Below are positions 27,128 to 37,657 of a stretch of DNA of 64,000 nt, piece after piece. Position numbers and translations under genes: made by a program. How positions within the stretch are numbered: position 1 is the first letter of the stretch; each line of letters opens with the position of its first letter. Origin of the DNA: an uncultured Actinomycetota bacterium (lineage in GTDB: Bacteria > Actinomycetota > Actinomycetes > JACCUZ01); assembly GCA_963746465.1 (NCBI GenBank), contig CAVVAY010000005.1:297725-361724 (forward strand), read 5' to 3'. The notes under the pieces are model-generated. The model worked only from the letters and a program-made list of their open reading frames with translations. It did not search any database and was not told where the DNA came from.

Positions 27128-29232
27128 AGGTCGAGGGCCGTCCAGCGGGCTGCGAACGCGAGCGTGTCCGCGGTCAGCGCCACCGACCGGCTCAGCGCGC
27201 GCGCCCCGTGGCCGACGTCACCCTCGCGGCGCAGCAGCACCGGGCGTGTCCCGGTCGTCGCGTGCTGCAGTGCGGCGCACATCTTGCGGGCATGCAGCGG
27301 GTCGACCCGGGTGTCGCCGTCGAACACCGTGAACAGGACCGCCGGGTAGTCGACGCCCTCGTGCACGTGGTGGTACGGCGAGTACGACAGCAGCCACTCG
27401 AGCTCCTCGGCGACCTCGGCGCTGCCGAACTCGTCGCTCCAGCTCGCCCCGAGCCCGAAGCGCTCGTACCGCACCATGTCCAGCAGCGGCGCCGAGCAGA
27501 TCACGGCCGCGTAGAGGTCCGGCCGCTGGGTCAGAGCAGCGCCGACCAGCAGGCCGCCGTTCGAGCCGCCGGAGATCGCCAGCTGCGCCGGCGTCGTCCA
27601 GCCGTCGGCCACCAGTCGCTCGGCGGCCGCGTGGAAGTCGTCGAAGACGTTCTGCTTCTTCTCCCGCATCCCGTCGCGGTGCCACTGCTCGCCCTCCTCG
27701 GAGCCACCGCGCAGCTGAGCGACGGCGTAGACACCGCCGGCCTCGACCCAGGCCAGGAGTCCCGCGGAGTAGCCGGGGGTCATCGGGATGCTGAAGCCGC
27801 CGTAGCCGTACAGCACCGTCGGCCGCGGCTGGTCCGGCTCCTTGGTCGGCGAGAGCACCAGCATCCGCACCGTGGTCCCGTCGGCCGAGGTGTACTCGAC
27901 CTGTCGCGCGTGGACCTCCGGCACCTCGACCGTCCCCGGCGCCGTCGCCCACAGCGACGTCTCGCCGGAGTGCGCGTCGTAGCGGTAGACCGACGCCGGC
28001 ACCACGTGGTCGGTGTAGCCGAACCACGCCTCGTGGCCGCCCTCGGGCCGTTCCGCCAGACCGGTCACCGAGCCGAGCCCGGGCAACGGCACGGTGCCCT
28101 TCTTCGCACCGGTGAGCAGCGCGTGGGCGCTGATCTCGCTCATCGCGTGCCGGGTCCAGGCGCACAGCAGGGTGCCGCCGTCCTCCGGGTCGCCGCCGTC
28201 CGGGCCGGGGCCGTCCAGGATCGCCCAGCTCTCGAGCACCGCCTCGTCGTCCTCGGGCACCAGGTCGACCCAGGTGTCGTACGCCGGGTTCTCCGGCGTC
28301 GTGACCGCCAGCCGGCCGCGCGGCGCGTCCCGGTCGGTGAACACGTACACCCGGCCGTCCCGCCCGACGTGCAGCGTGGTGCTCGCGTCCACTCCTTCCT
28401 GCACGACGCGCAGGGTGGGGGACTCCAGCTGCCCGTCCGAGAGGTCGGCGAGCCAGAGGTCGTTGCGCGGTGCGGTGCCGGCCGAGGCGCCGATCACCAG
28501 CCAGCGCCCGTCCATCGAGACGGTGACGCCGTAGTAGTTCGTCTTGTCCAGCCCGGCACCGAGGATCTCGACGTCGTCGTCCGGGTCGGTGCCGACGCGA
28601 TGCAGCCAGACCCGCCGGTGGTACTGGTCCTCGCCGTCGGGGATCAGGTCGGGCCGCACCTTGCGCACGTAGTAGAACGCCTCGCCGCCCGGCATCCAGG
28701 CGACCGGCGAGTACCGCGCGCGGTCCACCGGCCCCTCGACCGACGCGCCCGTCTCGACGTCCATGACGTGCAGCACCGACTCCTCGGTCCCGCCGGCCGA
28801 GAGCTGGTAGGCGAGCAGGTGGCCCTCCTTGGAGGGCTGCCAGGCGTCCAGCGTGGTGGCGCCGCTGGGGTCCGCCGCGACGGGGTCGACGAGCACCCGC
28901 TCGGTGCCGTCGGGGTCGACGATGAGCAGGGTGGCGTGCTCCTGGTCGGCGGTGCGACGCATGAAGAACTGCCGGTCGCCGCGCCACGCCGGCGTACCGA
29001 CAGTGCCCGCCCCGAGGAGCTCCGCGACCCGTTCGGCGAGGCGGTCACGACCGGGCAGGTCGCCGTTCTGCGACCGGAGCAGGTCGTCCTGCGCGAGCGA
29101 CCACGCGACCGTCTCGGGATCGTCCGGGTCCTCCAGCCAGCGGTAGGGGTCGGCGACGACGGAGCCGTGCAGGATGTCGGCGTCGTCCGACCGGCGGGCC
29201 TCGGGATAGGCGGGGCGCGTCATGGCCGTCAC
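27124..29232 (-). CDS. Prolyl oligopeptidase (S9A)
   Basis: N-terminal beta-propeller (DPYRWLED). C-terminal catalytic [11 protein letters not shown] and the catalytic His. Confidence 0.85.
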   Translation of the reverse strand: MTAMTRPAYPEARRSDDADILHGSVVADPYRWLEDPDDPETVAWSLAQDDLLRSQNGDLPGRDRLAERVAELLGAGTVGTPAWRGDRQFFMRRTADQEHATLLIVDPDGTERVLVDPVAADPSGATTLDAWQPSKEGHLLAYQLSAGGTEESVLHVMDVETGASVEGPVDRARYSPVAWMPGGEAFYYVRKVRPDLIPDGEDQYHRRVWLHRVGTDPDDDVEILGAGLDKTNYYGVTVSMDGRWLVIGASAGTAPRNDLWLADLSDGQLESPTLRVVQEGVDASTTLHVGRDGRVYVFTDRDAPRGRLAVTTPENPAYDTWVDLVPEDDEAVLESWAILDGPGPDGGDPEDGGTLLCAWTRHAMSEISAHALLTGAKKGTVPLPGLGSVTGLAERPEGGHEAWFGYTDHVVPASVYRYDAHSGETSLWATAPGTVEVPEVHARQVEYTSADGTTVRMLVLSPTKEPDQPRPTVLYGYGGFSIPMTPGYSAGLLAWVEAGGVYAVAQLRGGSEEGEQWHRDGMREKKQNVFDDFHAAAERLVADGWTTPAQLAISGGSNGGLLVGAALTQRPDLYAAVICSAPLLDMVRYERFGLGASWSDEFGSAEVAEELEWLLSYSPYHHVHEGVDYPAVLFTVFDGDTRVDPLHARKMCAALQHATTGTRPVLLRREGDVGHGARALSRSVALTADTLAFAARWTALDL

Positions 29233-29337
29233 TGTAGGCGGGAGTGTCCGTGGTGGCGGTCAGCGGCTCGGCACGTCACACTGGCCGGAGCCGAACCGGC
29301 GCGAGCCACGTGCCGGTCCCCGGACCGGGAGGCGCGG

Positions 29338-29862
29338 ATGGGTCACGCTCTGGTGCTCAACGCGACGTACGAGCCGTTGTGCGTCGTGCCGGCACGGCGC
29401 GCGCTGCTCCTTGTGCTGATGCGCAAGGCGGTGGCCGTCGAGGAGTCGGACGTCGTGCTGCACAGCGTCGCCCTGCAGGTCCGCGCCCCCGCGGTGGTGC
29501 GGCTCACCCGCTACGTGCGCATCCCCTACCGCGGACCCGTCCCGCTCACCCGACGCGCTGTCTTCGCCCGCGACGGCGGCCGGTGCGTCTACTGCGGTGT
29601 GCCGGCGACGAGCATCGACCACGTGGTCCCGCGCAGCCGCGGGGGGCGCCACGAGTGGAGCAACGTCGTGTCGGCCTGCCGGCGCTGCAACCACATCAAG
29701 GCCGACCGCACGGTCGCCGACCTCGGCTGGCGGCTGCACCCGCCGCAGGAGCCCACCGGAACGGCCTGGCGCATCCTCGGCACCGGCCGGTCCGACCCGA
29801 GCTGGGCGCCCTACCTCGAGGCGTACGGCGGCCAGCGCGTCGCCGGCGTGGTCTCCGCCTGA
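29338..29862 (+). CDS. HNH endonuclease
   Basis: CVYCG...IDHVVPRSRGG...NVVSACRRCNHIK HNH motif. GGGAGG RBS. Confidence 0.75.
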   Translation: MGHALVLNATYEPLCVVPARRALLLVLMRKAVAVEESDVVLHSVALQVRAPAVVRLTRYVRIPYRGPVPLTRRAVFARDGGRCVYCGVPATSIDHVVPRSRGGRHEWSNVVSACRRCNHIKADRTVADLGWRLHPPQEPTGTAWRILGTGRSDPSWAPYLEAYGGQRVAGVVSA

Positions 29863-29920
29863 CAGTCGCCCGAGGACGCCGGGCAGCGCGCCGCTGCGCG
29901 TGCGGCACACTCTTGCCTCG

Positions 29921-32119
29921 ATGACCGAGCACCTGCCCGTCGCCGGGTCCGACCCGGCCGCCGCCGTCCCCTCGCCCGAGCTGGACGAGCTGGCGGCTGC
30001 GCACGGCGTGGCCACCGACTTCTGGGACTGGCGCGGTCAGCACGTGGTCGTCCCGCGGGAGTCCATCGAGGCGGTGCTGGCCGCCCTCGGCGTCCCGGCG
30101 CACACCGAGGAGTCGGTGCGGGCGTCGCTGGACGAGGTGCGCGACGCGCCCTGGCGACGGACCCTGCCTCCGTGCGTGGTGCTCCGGTCCGGCCGCCCGG
30201 CCGACGTCGCCGCGCACGTCCCGGACGGTGCGCCGGTGCGGCTGCACGTCGAGATCGAGGTGGGCGGCCGGGTCGACCTGGCCCAGACCGACCGGTGGGT
30301 CGAGCCGCGCACCGTCGGCGGCCGCCGGGTCGGCGAGGCGACTTTCGCCGTGCCCGGCGACCTGCCGCTGGGCTGGCACGAGCTGGTGGCCGACGTCGGC
30401 GACGCGGCCGACGGTGCGGTCACCGAGAGCGCGCGGGTGCCGCTCGTCGTCACGCCGGACCGGTTGGCGCTGCCGCCGGCCGTGGCCGAGGGGCCGGCGA
30501 CCTGGGGCCTGATGACCCAGCTGTACTCGGTGCGGTCCCGCCGGTCCTGGGGCCACGGCGACCTCGACGACCTGGCCGAGCTGGCCCGCTGGAGCGGCGA
30601 GGACCTGGGCGCCGGCTTCGTCCTCATCAACCCGTTGCACGCCCCGTCCCCGACCGTGCCGGTCGAGCCGTCGCCGTACCTGCCGGTGACCCGACGGTTC
30701 ATCAGCCCGCTCTACGTGCGGGTCGAGCAGGTGCCGGAGCACGCCTACCTGTCCGGTGCGGTGCGGGCCGAGATCGAGCGCACCGCGCTGTTGCAGCGCG
30801 CGATGAGCGCGTCGTCGAGCCTGATCGACCGGGACGCCGTGTGGGAGGCCAAGCGCTCGGCGCTGACCCTGCTGCACGCGGTGGTGCGCGGCCCCGCGCG
30901 GGAGGCCGACTACCAGGGTTTCCTCGAGCGGGAAGGCCGTGGCCTGCTCGACTTCGCGACCTGGTGCGCGCTGGCCGAGGTGCACGGCGACGTGTGGAAC
31001 GACTGGCCGGACGAGCTGCAGGACCCGCGGTCAGCCGCCGTGGTGACGGCTCGCGAGGAGCTCGCGGCCCGGGTCGACTTCTTCTGCTGGCTGCAGTGGG
31101 TGCTCGACGAGCAGCTGGGCGCGGCGCAGCGCCGGGCCCGGGCCTCCGGCATGGCGCTGGGCGTCGTGCACGACCTCGCGGTCGGCGTGCATCCGGACGG
31201 CGCCGACACCTGGGCGCTGCAGGACGTGATGGCCCGTGGGGTCAGTGTGGGTGCGCCCCCGGACGCCTTCAACCAGGTAGGGCAGGACTGGTCGCAGCCG
31301 CCGTGGCGGCCGGACCGGCTGGCGGAGGCCGGCTACGGGCCCTACCGCGACATGCTGCGCACGGTGCTGCGGCACGCCGGCGGAGTGCGGGTCGACCACA
31401 TCCTCGGACTGTTCCGGCTCTGGTGGGTGCCGGAGGGCCGACCTGCCGCCGAGGGCACCTACGTGCGGTTCGACCACGAGGCACTGATCGGGATCCTCAC
31501 GCTGGAGGCCTGGCGGGCCGGCGCCGTGGTCGTCGGGGAGGACCTCGGGACCGTCGAGCCGTGGGTGCGCGACTACCTCACCGCGCGAGGTGTGCTGGGG
31601 ACGTCGATCCTGTGGTTCGAGCGCGACTACGAAGCAGACGTGGCGCTGCCGCCCGAGCAGTGGAGGGAGCTGTGCCTCGCGTCCGTCACGACCCACGACC
31701 TGCCCCCGACGGCCGGCTACCTGGCCGGCGAGCACATCCGGATCCGGGACGACCTCGGGTTGCTCACCCGGCCGGTCGAGGAGGAACGGAAGGTCGACGA
31801 GGCCGACCGTGAGTCCTGGCTCGCGCTGCTCGTCGAGCGTGGCTGGCTGGCAGCAGACGCCCGGCGGGACGTGGGTGCCGTCACGGTCGCGTTGCACCGC
31901 GCGCTGGCGGCGACGCCGAGCCGGCTGCTCGGTGTCGCCCTCACCGACGTCGTCGGCGAGGTGCGCGCCATGAACCAGCCGGGCACGCATGCGGAGTACC
32001 CGAACTGGCAGCTCCCGCTCGCCGACGGCGAGGGGGCTCCGGTGCTGCTGGACGACCTGGTCCGCTCGCCGTTCGCGGCCGAGCTGGCTGCCGCGGTCCG
32101 CGGCGGGGGCACCGCCTAG
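29921..32119 (+). CDS. malQ: 4-alpha-glucanotransferase (amylomaltase)
   Basis: GH77 motifs (VDHILGLFRLWWVP, GEDLGTV). About 730 aa. Confidence 0.85.
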   Translation: MTEHLPVAGSDPAAAVPSPELDELAAAHGVATDFWDWRGQHVVVPRESIEAVLAALGVPAHTEESVRASLDEVRDAPWRRTLPPCVVLRSGRPADVAAHVPDGAPVRLHVEIEVGGRVDLAQTDRWVEPRTVGGRRVGEATFAVPGDLPLGWHELVADVGDAADGAVTESARVPLVVTPDRLALPPAVAEGPATWGLMTQLYSVRSRRSWGHGDLDDLAELARWSGEDLGAGFVLINPLHAPSPTVPVEPSPYLPVTRRFISPLYVRVEQVPEHAYLSGAVRAEIERTALLQRAMSASSSLIDRDAVWEAKRSALTLLHAVVRGPAREADYQGFLEREGRGLLDFATWCALAEVHGDVWNDWPDELQDPRSAAVVTAREELAARVDFFCWLQWVLDEQLGAAQRRARASGMALGVVHDLAVGVHPDGADTWALQDVMARGVSVGAPPDAFNQVGQDWSQPPWRPDRLAEAGYGPYRDMLRTVLRHAGGVRVDHILGLFRLWWVPEGRPAAEGTYVRFDHEALIGILTLEAWRAGAVVVGEDLGTVEPWVRDYLTARGVLGTSILWFERDYEADVALPPEQWRELCLASVTTHDLPPTAGYLAGEHIRIRDDLGLLTRPVEEERKVDEADRESWLALLVERGWLAADARRDVGAVTVALHRALAATPSRLLGVALTDVVGEVRAMNQPGTHAEYPNWQLPLADGEGAPVLLDDLVRSPFAAELAAAVRGGGTA

Positions 32120-32131
32120 TACGGTTTCCCC

Positions 32132-32482
32132 GTGACCGCTCGAACCGCCCTGCGCAGCGCCACGATCGCCGTCACCACGGCGCTGGTCCTGCTCTCGTCC
32201 ACGCCGGCGTTCGCCGCCGCGAACCCTGACGACGGCGCTGAGAGCGGGCCAGGTCTCAGCGTCCTCGAGACGTTGCTCATCTTCGTCGGCATCCCGGCTG
32301 CGATCTTCCTCGCGATCGTGGTCCTGGTGTCCGCGCCGGCGCGTGCCCGCGGGCCGCGTTACCGGCCGGGACTCGGCTGGTGGGCGGCGCCGGTGTGGTT
32401 CAACGGCCCGGACGACGCGGACACTGCGGTGCGCACTGCCGCAGCGACCGCCGGGGGAGGTGGCGCAAGTGCCCGCTGGTGA
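32132..32482 (+). CDS. Small secreted/membrane protein
   Basis: Signal peptide (AVTTALVLLSSTPAFAAA) and one TM (LLIFVGIPAAIFLAIVVLV). Confidence 0.4.
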   Translation: MTARTALRSATIAVTTALVLLSSTPAFAAANPDDGAESGPGLSVLETLLIFVGIPAAIFLAIVVLVSAPARARGPRYRPGLGWWAAPVWFNGPDDADTAVRTAAATAGGGGASARW

Positions 32483-32861
32483 GGCGTTCTCGTCCCGTCA
32501 GCAGGACGATGTGGTGCGGGCGATCCGCCTCGCGCGGCAGCAGTCCGACCTGCCCGTCTCGGTGTACGTCGGCACCCTGGAAGGCGACAGCCGCGCGACC
32601 GCCCTGCAGCTGCACGGCGCTCTCGGCGAGCAGGCGGCCCGCACCGTGCTGGTCGCCGTCGACCCCGGTGCCCGCCGGGTCGAGGTCGTGACCGGCCCCG
32701 AGGTCCGCCGCCGGCTGGACGACCGGGCTGCCGGGCTCGCGGCCATGACGATGACCTCGGCGTTCCAGGCCGGCGACCTGGCCGGGGGCATCACCTCTGG
32801 CGTGCTGGCGCTGGCCGAGCAGGCCCAGACCGCCCGGTCGCTGCACACCGACACCCCGTAG
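32460..32861 (+). CDS. Conserved hypothetical protein (DUF5130-like)
   Basis: GTG with GGGGGAGG RBS. Conserved-looking core (PVSVYVGTLEGDSRATALQLHGALG...VLVAVDPGARRVEVVTG). Confidence 0.45.
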   Translation: MAQVPAGEAFSSRQQDDVVRAIRLARQQSDLPVSVYVGTLEGDSRATALQLHGALGEQAARTVLVAVDPGARRVEVVTGPEVRRRLDDRAAGLAAMTMTSAFQAGDLAGGITSGVLALAEQAQTARSLHTDTP

Positions 32862-32883
32862 GACGGCCCGACCGCTGCGTCGG

Positions 32884-35424
32884 TCAGCCGCGGGCGTCGC
32901 GGGCTTGGGCGCGCAGAGCCCGGGCCACGCCGTCCCGCGACTCGCCGACCAGCCGTCGCAGCGCGGGGGCCGCGTCGCCGTGCGCGGCCAGCCACCGGTC
33001 CGCGGCGTCCACCGTCGACTGCTCGGCCAGCAGCGTCGGGAACAGCCCGATGACCACGTTCTGCGCGGTCTCGTTGGTCCGCTCGTCCCACACCCGGGTC
33101 AGCGACTCGAAGTACGGCGCGACGTAGGGGCGCAGCAGGTCCAGCTGGCCCGCCTGCGAGAAGCCGCCGATCACGGCCGTCTGGATCGCGTTGGGCAGCT
33201 CGTCGCCGTCCACCACCGAGGTCCAGGCCTCGGACTTGGCGGCCGCGGTCGGCCGGGCTGCCAGCGCGGCGGCGGCCTGTCGGCGTCCGGTGGCGGTGTC
33301 GTCGGAGTCCAGCTCGCGCTCGACCTCGAGCTCGTCGGCCAGCCCGGCGGCCACCAGCTGGTGCAGCAGGTGCCAGCGCAGGTCGGTGTCGATGGTCAGC
33401 CCGGCCAGCTGGTCCGAGCCGTCGAGCAGGCCGCGGACCACCGCAAGGTGCTCGTCGGAGATCGAGGCCGAGGAGAAGGCGCGGGCCAGCTGCAGCTGGG
33501 CGTCGCTGCCGGCCTCGGCGGCACGCAGCAGGTCGAGGAAGCCGTCGGCCAGCCGCCGGCGGGTCTCGTCCCGCCGGGCCGGATCGGTGTAGAGGACGGC
33601 AGCGGTCTCGGCCTGACGCAGCAGGGTGCGCATCACCGAGCTGTCGGTCTCGCGGCCGACACCGCGGAGCACCAGCGTGAGGTAGGCCTGGGTCGACATC
33701 TCGGCGTCGCGGGTCATGTCCCAGGCCGCCGACCAGCACAGCGAGCGCGGCAGGGTGTCCTCGAAGTCGCCGATCGACTCGGTCAGCGTCGCGAGCGACT
33801 GCTCGTCCAGCCTGATCTTGGCGTAGGTCAGGTCGTCGTCGTTGACCAGGACGAGGTCCGGCCGGGCGACGCCCACCAGCTCGGGCAGGTCGGTTCGGGC
33901 CCCGGTGACGTCGAGCTCGACCCGGTCGCGGAGGACCAGCCCGCCGTCGGTGCGGTCGTAGAGGCCCACCGCGAGGCGGTGCGAACGCAGCGTCGGCCAC
34001 TGCTCCGGCGCGGTCTGCACGACGGTGAAGGACGAGAACTGCCCGTCGTCGTCGACCGCGAACTCCGGGTGAACCGTGTTGACGCCGGCCGTCTCGAGCC
34101 ACTCCGCCGACCATGCCTTCAGGTCCCGGCCGGAGGTCTCCTCCAGCTTGCCCAGCAGGTCCGCCAGCGTCGTGTTGCCCCACGCGAAGGCGCGGAAGTA
34201 CTGCCGGATGCCGGCCAGGAACTCGTCTCGGCCGACCCAGGCGGCGAGCAGCTTGAGGACCGAGGCGCCCTTGGCGTAGGTGATGCCGTCGAAGTTGACC
34301 TCGACGTCCTCGAGGTCGTGGATCTCCGCCGCGATCGGGTGGGTCGAGGGCAGCTGGTCCTGCCGGTAGGCCCAGGTCTTGTCGGTGTTCGCGAAGGTGG
34401 TCCACGCCGAGGTCCACCGGGTCGCCTCGGCCGCCGCCAGCGTGCTCGCCCACTCGGCGAACGACTCGTTGAGCCAGAGGTCGTCCCACCAGGTCATCGT
34501 CACCAGGTCGCCGAACCACATGTGGGCCATCTCGTGCAGGATCGTGACGGCCCGGCGCTCGTAGGACACCTGCGGCACGCGCGAGCGGAACACGTAGTCC
34601 TCGTTGTGGGTGACGCAACCGGCGTTCTCCATCGCCCCCGAGTTGAACTCCGGGACGAACAGCTGGTCGTACTTCGCGAACGGGTAGGGCATGTCGAAGA
34701 TGCGCTCGAAGAACTCGAAACCCTGCCGGGTCTCCCCGAAGATCACGTCCGCGTCCAGGTGCGGGGCCAGCGACGCACGGCAGTACAGGCCGAGGGGGAT
34801 GACCCGGTCACCGTCGCGGTACTCACCGTCGACGCGGGTGTACGGACCGGCGACCAGCGCCGTGATGTACGACGACAGCCGCTCGGTCGGGGCGAACCGC
34901 CACGTCGCGTTGCCCAGGCCGACCGGCTCGGGCTCGGGCGTCGGCTGGTTGGAGACCACGTGCCAGTCCGCCGGTGCGGTGACCGTGAAAGCGAACGTGG
35001 CCTTGAGGTCGGGCTGCTCGAAGACCGTGAACATGCGGCGCGAGTCCGCGACCTCGAACTGCGTGTACAGGTAGACGGACTTGTCGACCGGGTCGACGAA
35101 CCGGTGCAGCCCCTCGCCGGTGTGCATGTAGCGGCACAGCGCGCGGACCCGCAGCTCGTTGTCGGCAGCCAGGTCGTCCAGCGCGACCCGGGCGCCGTCG
35201 TACACCTGGCCCGGGTGCAGCGGCCGGCCGTTGAGCATGATCTCGTCGACCCGGTCGGCGACGAGGTCGATGAACGTCCGGGCGCCCGGCTCGGTGCAGC
35301 GGAACCGGACGGTCGTCTCCGACCCGAAGGTCACCTCGCCCTCGGTCAGGTCGAGGGCGACGTCGTACGACTCGACCTCGATCAGCCGCGCGCGGGACTG
35401 GGCCTCGTCGCGGGTCACGTTCAT
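32884..35424 (-). CDS. pepN: Aminopeptidase N (M1 family)
   Basis: GAMENAG. HEMAHMWFGDLVT zinc motif. WLNESFA. ATG at 35424. Confidence 0.9.
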   Translation of the reverse strand: MNVTRDEAQSRARLIEVESYDVALDLTEGEVTFGSETTVRFRCTEPGARTFIDLVADRVDEIMLNGRPLHPGQVYDGARVALDDLAADNELRVRALCRYMHTGEGLHRFVDPVDKSVYLYTQFEVADSRRMFTVFEQPDLKATFAFTVTAPADWHVVSNQPTPEPEPVGLGNATWRFAPTERLSSYITALVAGPYTRVDGEYRDGDRVIPLGLYCRASLAPHLDADVIFGETRQGFEFFERIFDMPYPFAKYDQLFVPEFNSGAMENAGCVTHNEDYVFRSRVPQVSYERRAVTILHEMAHMWFGDLVTMTWWDDLWLNESFAEWASTLAAAEATRWTSAWTTFANTDKTWAYRQDQLPSTHPIAAEIHDLEDVEVNFDGITYAKGASVLKLLAAWVGRDEFLAGIRQYFRAFAWGNTTLADLLGKLEETSGRDLKAWSAEWLETAGVNTVHPEFAVDDDGQFSSFTVVQTAPEQWPTLRSHRLAVGLYDRTDGGLVLRDRVELDVTGARTDLPELVGVARPDLVLVNDDDLTYAKIRLDEQSLATLTESIGDFEDTLPRSLCWSAAWDMTRDAEMSTQAYLTLVLRGVGRETDSSVMRTLLRQAETAAVLYTDPARRDETRRRLADGFLDLLRAAEAGSDAQLQLARAFSSASISDEHLAVVRGLLDGSDQLAGLTIDTDLRWHLLHQLVAAGLADELEVERELDSDDTATGRRQAAAALAARPTAAAKSEAWTSVVDGDELPNAIQTAVIGGFSQAGQLDLLRPYVAPYFESLTRVWDERTNETAQNVVIGLFPTLLAEQSTVDAADRWLAAHGDAAPALRRLVGESRDGVARALRAQARDARG

Positions 35425-35545
35425 GCGGGCGGCGGCGCTGAGCACGGACTGGTCACTTTCGTCAGAGGGGTCGACGAATCCTCGCACGCGGGTGCGCGCG
35501 TCGCTGACGGGGAATGCCCCCCGAGGGGCCGAGGTTGTCGCGATC

Positions 35546-36190
35546 GTGACCTCCCCCGCGCCGACGCCGTCCGATCTGCCCGAGAACGCCCCGACCATCG
35601 CCGACTTCTGGTTCGACCCGATCTGCCCGTGGGCCTGGATCGCGTCCCGTTGGATGCTCGAGGTCGAGCAGGTGCGCGACGTGACGGTGCGCTGGCACGT
35701 CATGTCGCTGGCCTACCTGAACGAGGGTCGCGAGCTGCCGGAGAAGTACCGCGCGGTCATGGACGAGGCGTGGGGACCCGTGCGGGTCGTGGTGGCGGCC
35801 GTCGCGGCACACGGCGACGAGGTGGCCCTGCGCCTCTACACCGCGCTCGGCACCCGGTTCCACCACGAGGGCCGCCCGAAGGACCGCGCCACGATCGTGG
35901 ACGCGCTGACCGAGGTCGGCCTCCCGGTCGAGCTGGTCGACGCGATGGACTCCGACGTCTTCGACGAGGCACTGCGCAAGTCCCACCACGCCGGCATGGA
36001 CCAGGTCGGCTTCGAGGTCGGGACGCCGGTCGTCTCCGTCGAGGGCGTCGCGTTCTTCGGTCCGGTCGTGTCGCCGGTGCCCCGCGGCGAGGCAGCCGGC
36101 CGGCTCTGGGACGGCGTCCGGCTGGTCGCCGGCACCGACGGCTTCTTCGAGCTGAAGCGCTCCCGTACCCGGGACCCGATCTTCGACTGA
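35546..36190 (+). CDS. DsbA-like thioredoxin-fold protein
   Basis: ADFWFDPICPWAW (the CPxx redox motif is CPWA). Start codon uncertain (GTG at 35546). Confidence 0.6.
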   Translation: MTSPAPTPSDLPENAPTIADFWFDPICPWAWIASRWMLEVEQVRDVTVRWHVMSLAYLNEGRELPEKYRAVMDEAWGPVRVVVAAVAAHGDEVALRLYTALGTRFHHEGRPKDRATIVDALTEVGLPVELVDAMDSDVFDEALRKSHHAGMDQVGFEVGTPVVSVEGVAFFGPVVSPVPRGEAAGRLWDGVRLVAGTDGFFELKRSRTRDPIFD

Positions 36191-36273
36191 CGGCGGACGG
36201 CGCCGACACACGAATTCCGCTGACAGGGGGCCGGTCGCGAGAGCATGCTGGTCCCCGTCAGGGGGTGAGACCG

Positions 36274-36477
36274 GTGATCAACGCACGACCCGGCTACTGG
36301 GACGTCGACCGCTGCTCGTGGGTCGGGGTCGACCCGGTCTACGTCGTGCCGCCGCTGCGGCACGCGGACCATCCGCACGAACGCGCCACCGGCACGCCCG
36401 AGGTCCCCGAGCCCCGCACGGGTGATGCCGCGCCGGTGACCGTCGACCTCGACCCCGGCGCGGCCGCACCGGCCTGA
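36274..36477 (+). CDS. Small hypothetical protein
   Basis: 67-aa ORF with GTG start and a GGGGG RBS. In the gap between the convergent dsbA-like and DUF429 genes. Confidence 0.3.
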   Translation: MINARPGYWDVDRCSWVGVDPVYVVPPLRHADHPHERATGTPEVPEPRTGDAAPVTVDLDPGAAAPA

Positions 36478-36487
36478 GCCACGCCCG

Positions 36488-37135
36488 TCAGGTCACGATC
36501 CGCATCGGGCGACCCCTGTCGTCGTACGCCGGGTGCTCGGGCAGCGTGCGGGCCGAACCCGCCAGCCAGCGCCGGCCGGACCACGCCGCGGCCAGGGCGT
36601 CGAGCCCGTCGTCGCCGCTCGGCAGCTCCCCGAGCCCGGGCAGCCAGCCGGTGAGCAACGACACCCGGGCTGCCCGCCCGGCCGCGGTCTTCTTCGACGG
36701 GAGCGGCCCGGTGCCGGCCAGCTCGGCCAGGCTGAGCTCGGGGTGGACCTCGACCAGCCGCGGGTCGTCGGCCACTGCGTCCACCTCGCGGATCTTGGGC
36801 ACCAGGTGCCAGGTCTGCACCGACATGCCCAGCCCGCCGGTCAGCTCGCGGTGCAGCCGGCCACCCTCGGCGTAGCTGGCGGCCGACAGCACGCCGCGCG
36901 GCGGGGCCAGGAACACCCGGGAGTGGGCCCGGCCCAGCACGGCCTTCGCCAGCAGGTCGCAGTCCCGCCGGCCGCGGGCGGGCAGGCCCACCGGCATGTC
37001 GACCGCCACGACGTCGGCCGGGACCGCGAGGGCCGCCGTGATGTCGGGGAAGCGGTGCCAGGCCACCCGGTCGCCCTCGACGAGCGCCCCGACCCAGCCG
37101 CCCCGGCAGCCGTCCACCCCGAGCACACGGGTCAT
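36488..37135 (-). CDS. DUF429-domain protein
   Basis: MTRVLGVDGCRGGWVGALVEG N-terminus typical of the DUF429 family. Confidence 0.55.
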   Translation of the reverse strand: MTRVLGVDGCRGGWVGALVEGDRVAWHRFPDITAALAVPADVVAVDMPVGLPARGRRDCDLLAKAVLGRAHSRVFLAPPRGVLSAASYAEGGRLHRELTGGLGMSVQTWHLVPKIREVDAVADDPRLVEVHPELSLAELAGTGPLPSKKTAAGRAARVSLLTGWLPGLGELPSGDDGLDALAAAWSGRRWLAGSARTLPEHPAYDDRGRPMRIVT

Positions 37136-37161
37136 GCAGCGGCCCTGCCAGACTGCCCGCC

Positions 37162-37647
37162 ATGCGCGTGCATCTCGGCTCCGACCACGCCGGTTTCGAG
37201 CTCAAGGCCCACCTGGCCGACCGGCTGCAGGAGCTCGGCTACGAGGTGGTCGACCACGGCCCGGTCGAGTACGACCCGGTCGACGACTACCCGCCGTACG
37301 TGCTGCGAGCGGCTGCTGCGGTCGTCAACGACGCCGGCAGCCTCGGCGTGGTGATCGGCGGCTCCGGCAACGGTGAGCAGATCGCCGCCAACAAGGTGCC
37401 CGGCGTGCGAGCCGCCCTGGCGTGGAACGACGACACGGCCGGGCTCAGCCGGCAGCACAACGACGCCAACGTGATCAGCGTCGGCGCCCGGATGCACACC
37501 GCCGACGAGGCCACCCGGCTGGTCGAGCGGTTCCTGACCACGCCGTTCAGCGGCGACGTGCGCCATGCCCGGCGGATCGAGATGATCGCGCACTACGAGC
37601 GGACGACGGAGCTTCCGGAGCTGCCGGCACCCCAGCAGCTCGAGTAG
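37162..37647 (+). CDS. rpiB: Ribose-5-phosphate isomerase B
   Basis: MRVHLGSDHAGFELK...GGSGNGEQIAANK canonical RpiB. Confidence 0.9.
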   Translation: MRVHLGSDHAGFELKAHLADRLQELGYEVVDHGPVEYDPVDDYPPYVLRAAAAVVNDAGSLGVVIGGSGNGEQIAANKVPGVRAALAWNDDTAGLSRQHNDANVISVGARMHTADEATRLVERFLTTPFSGDVRHARRIEMIAHYERTTELPELPAPQQLE

Positions 37648-37657
37648 GACCGGCCCA

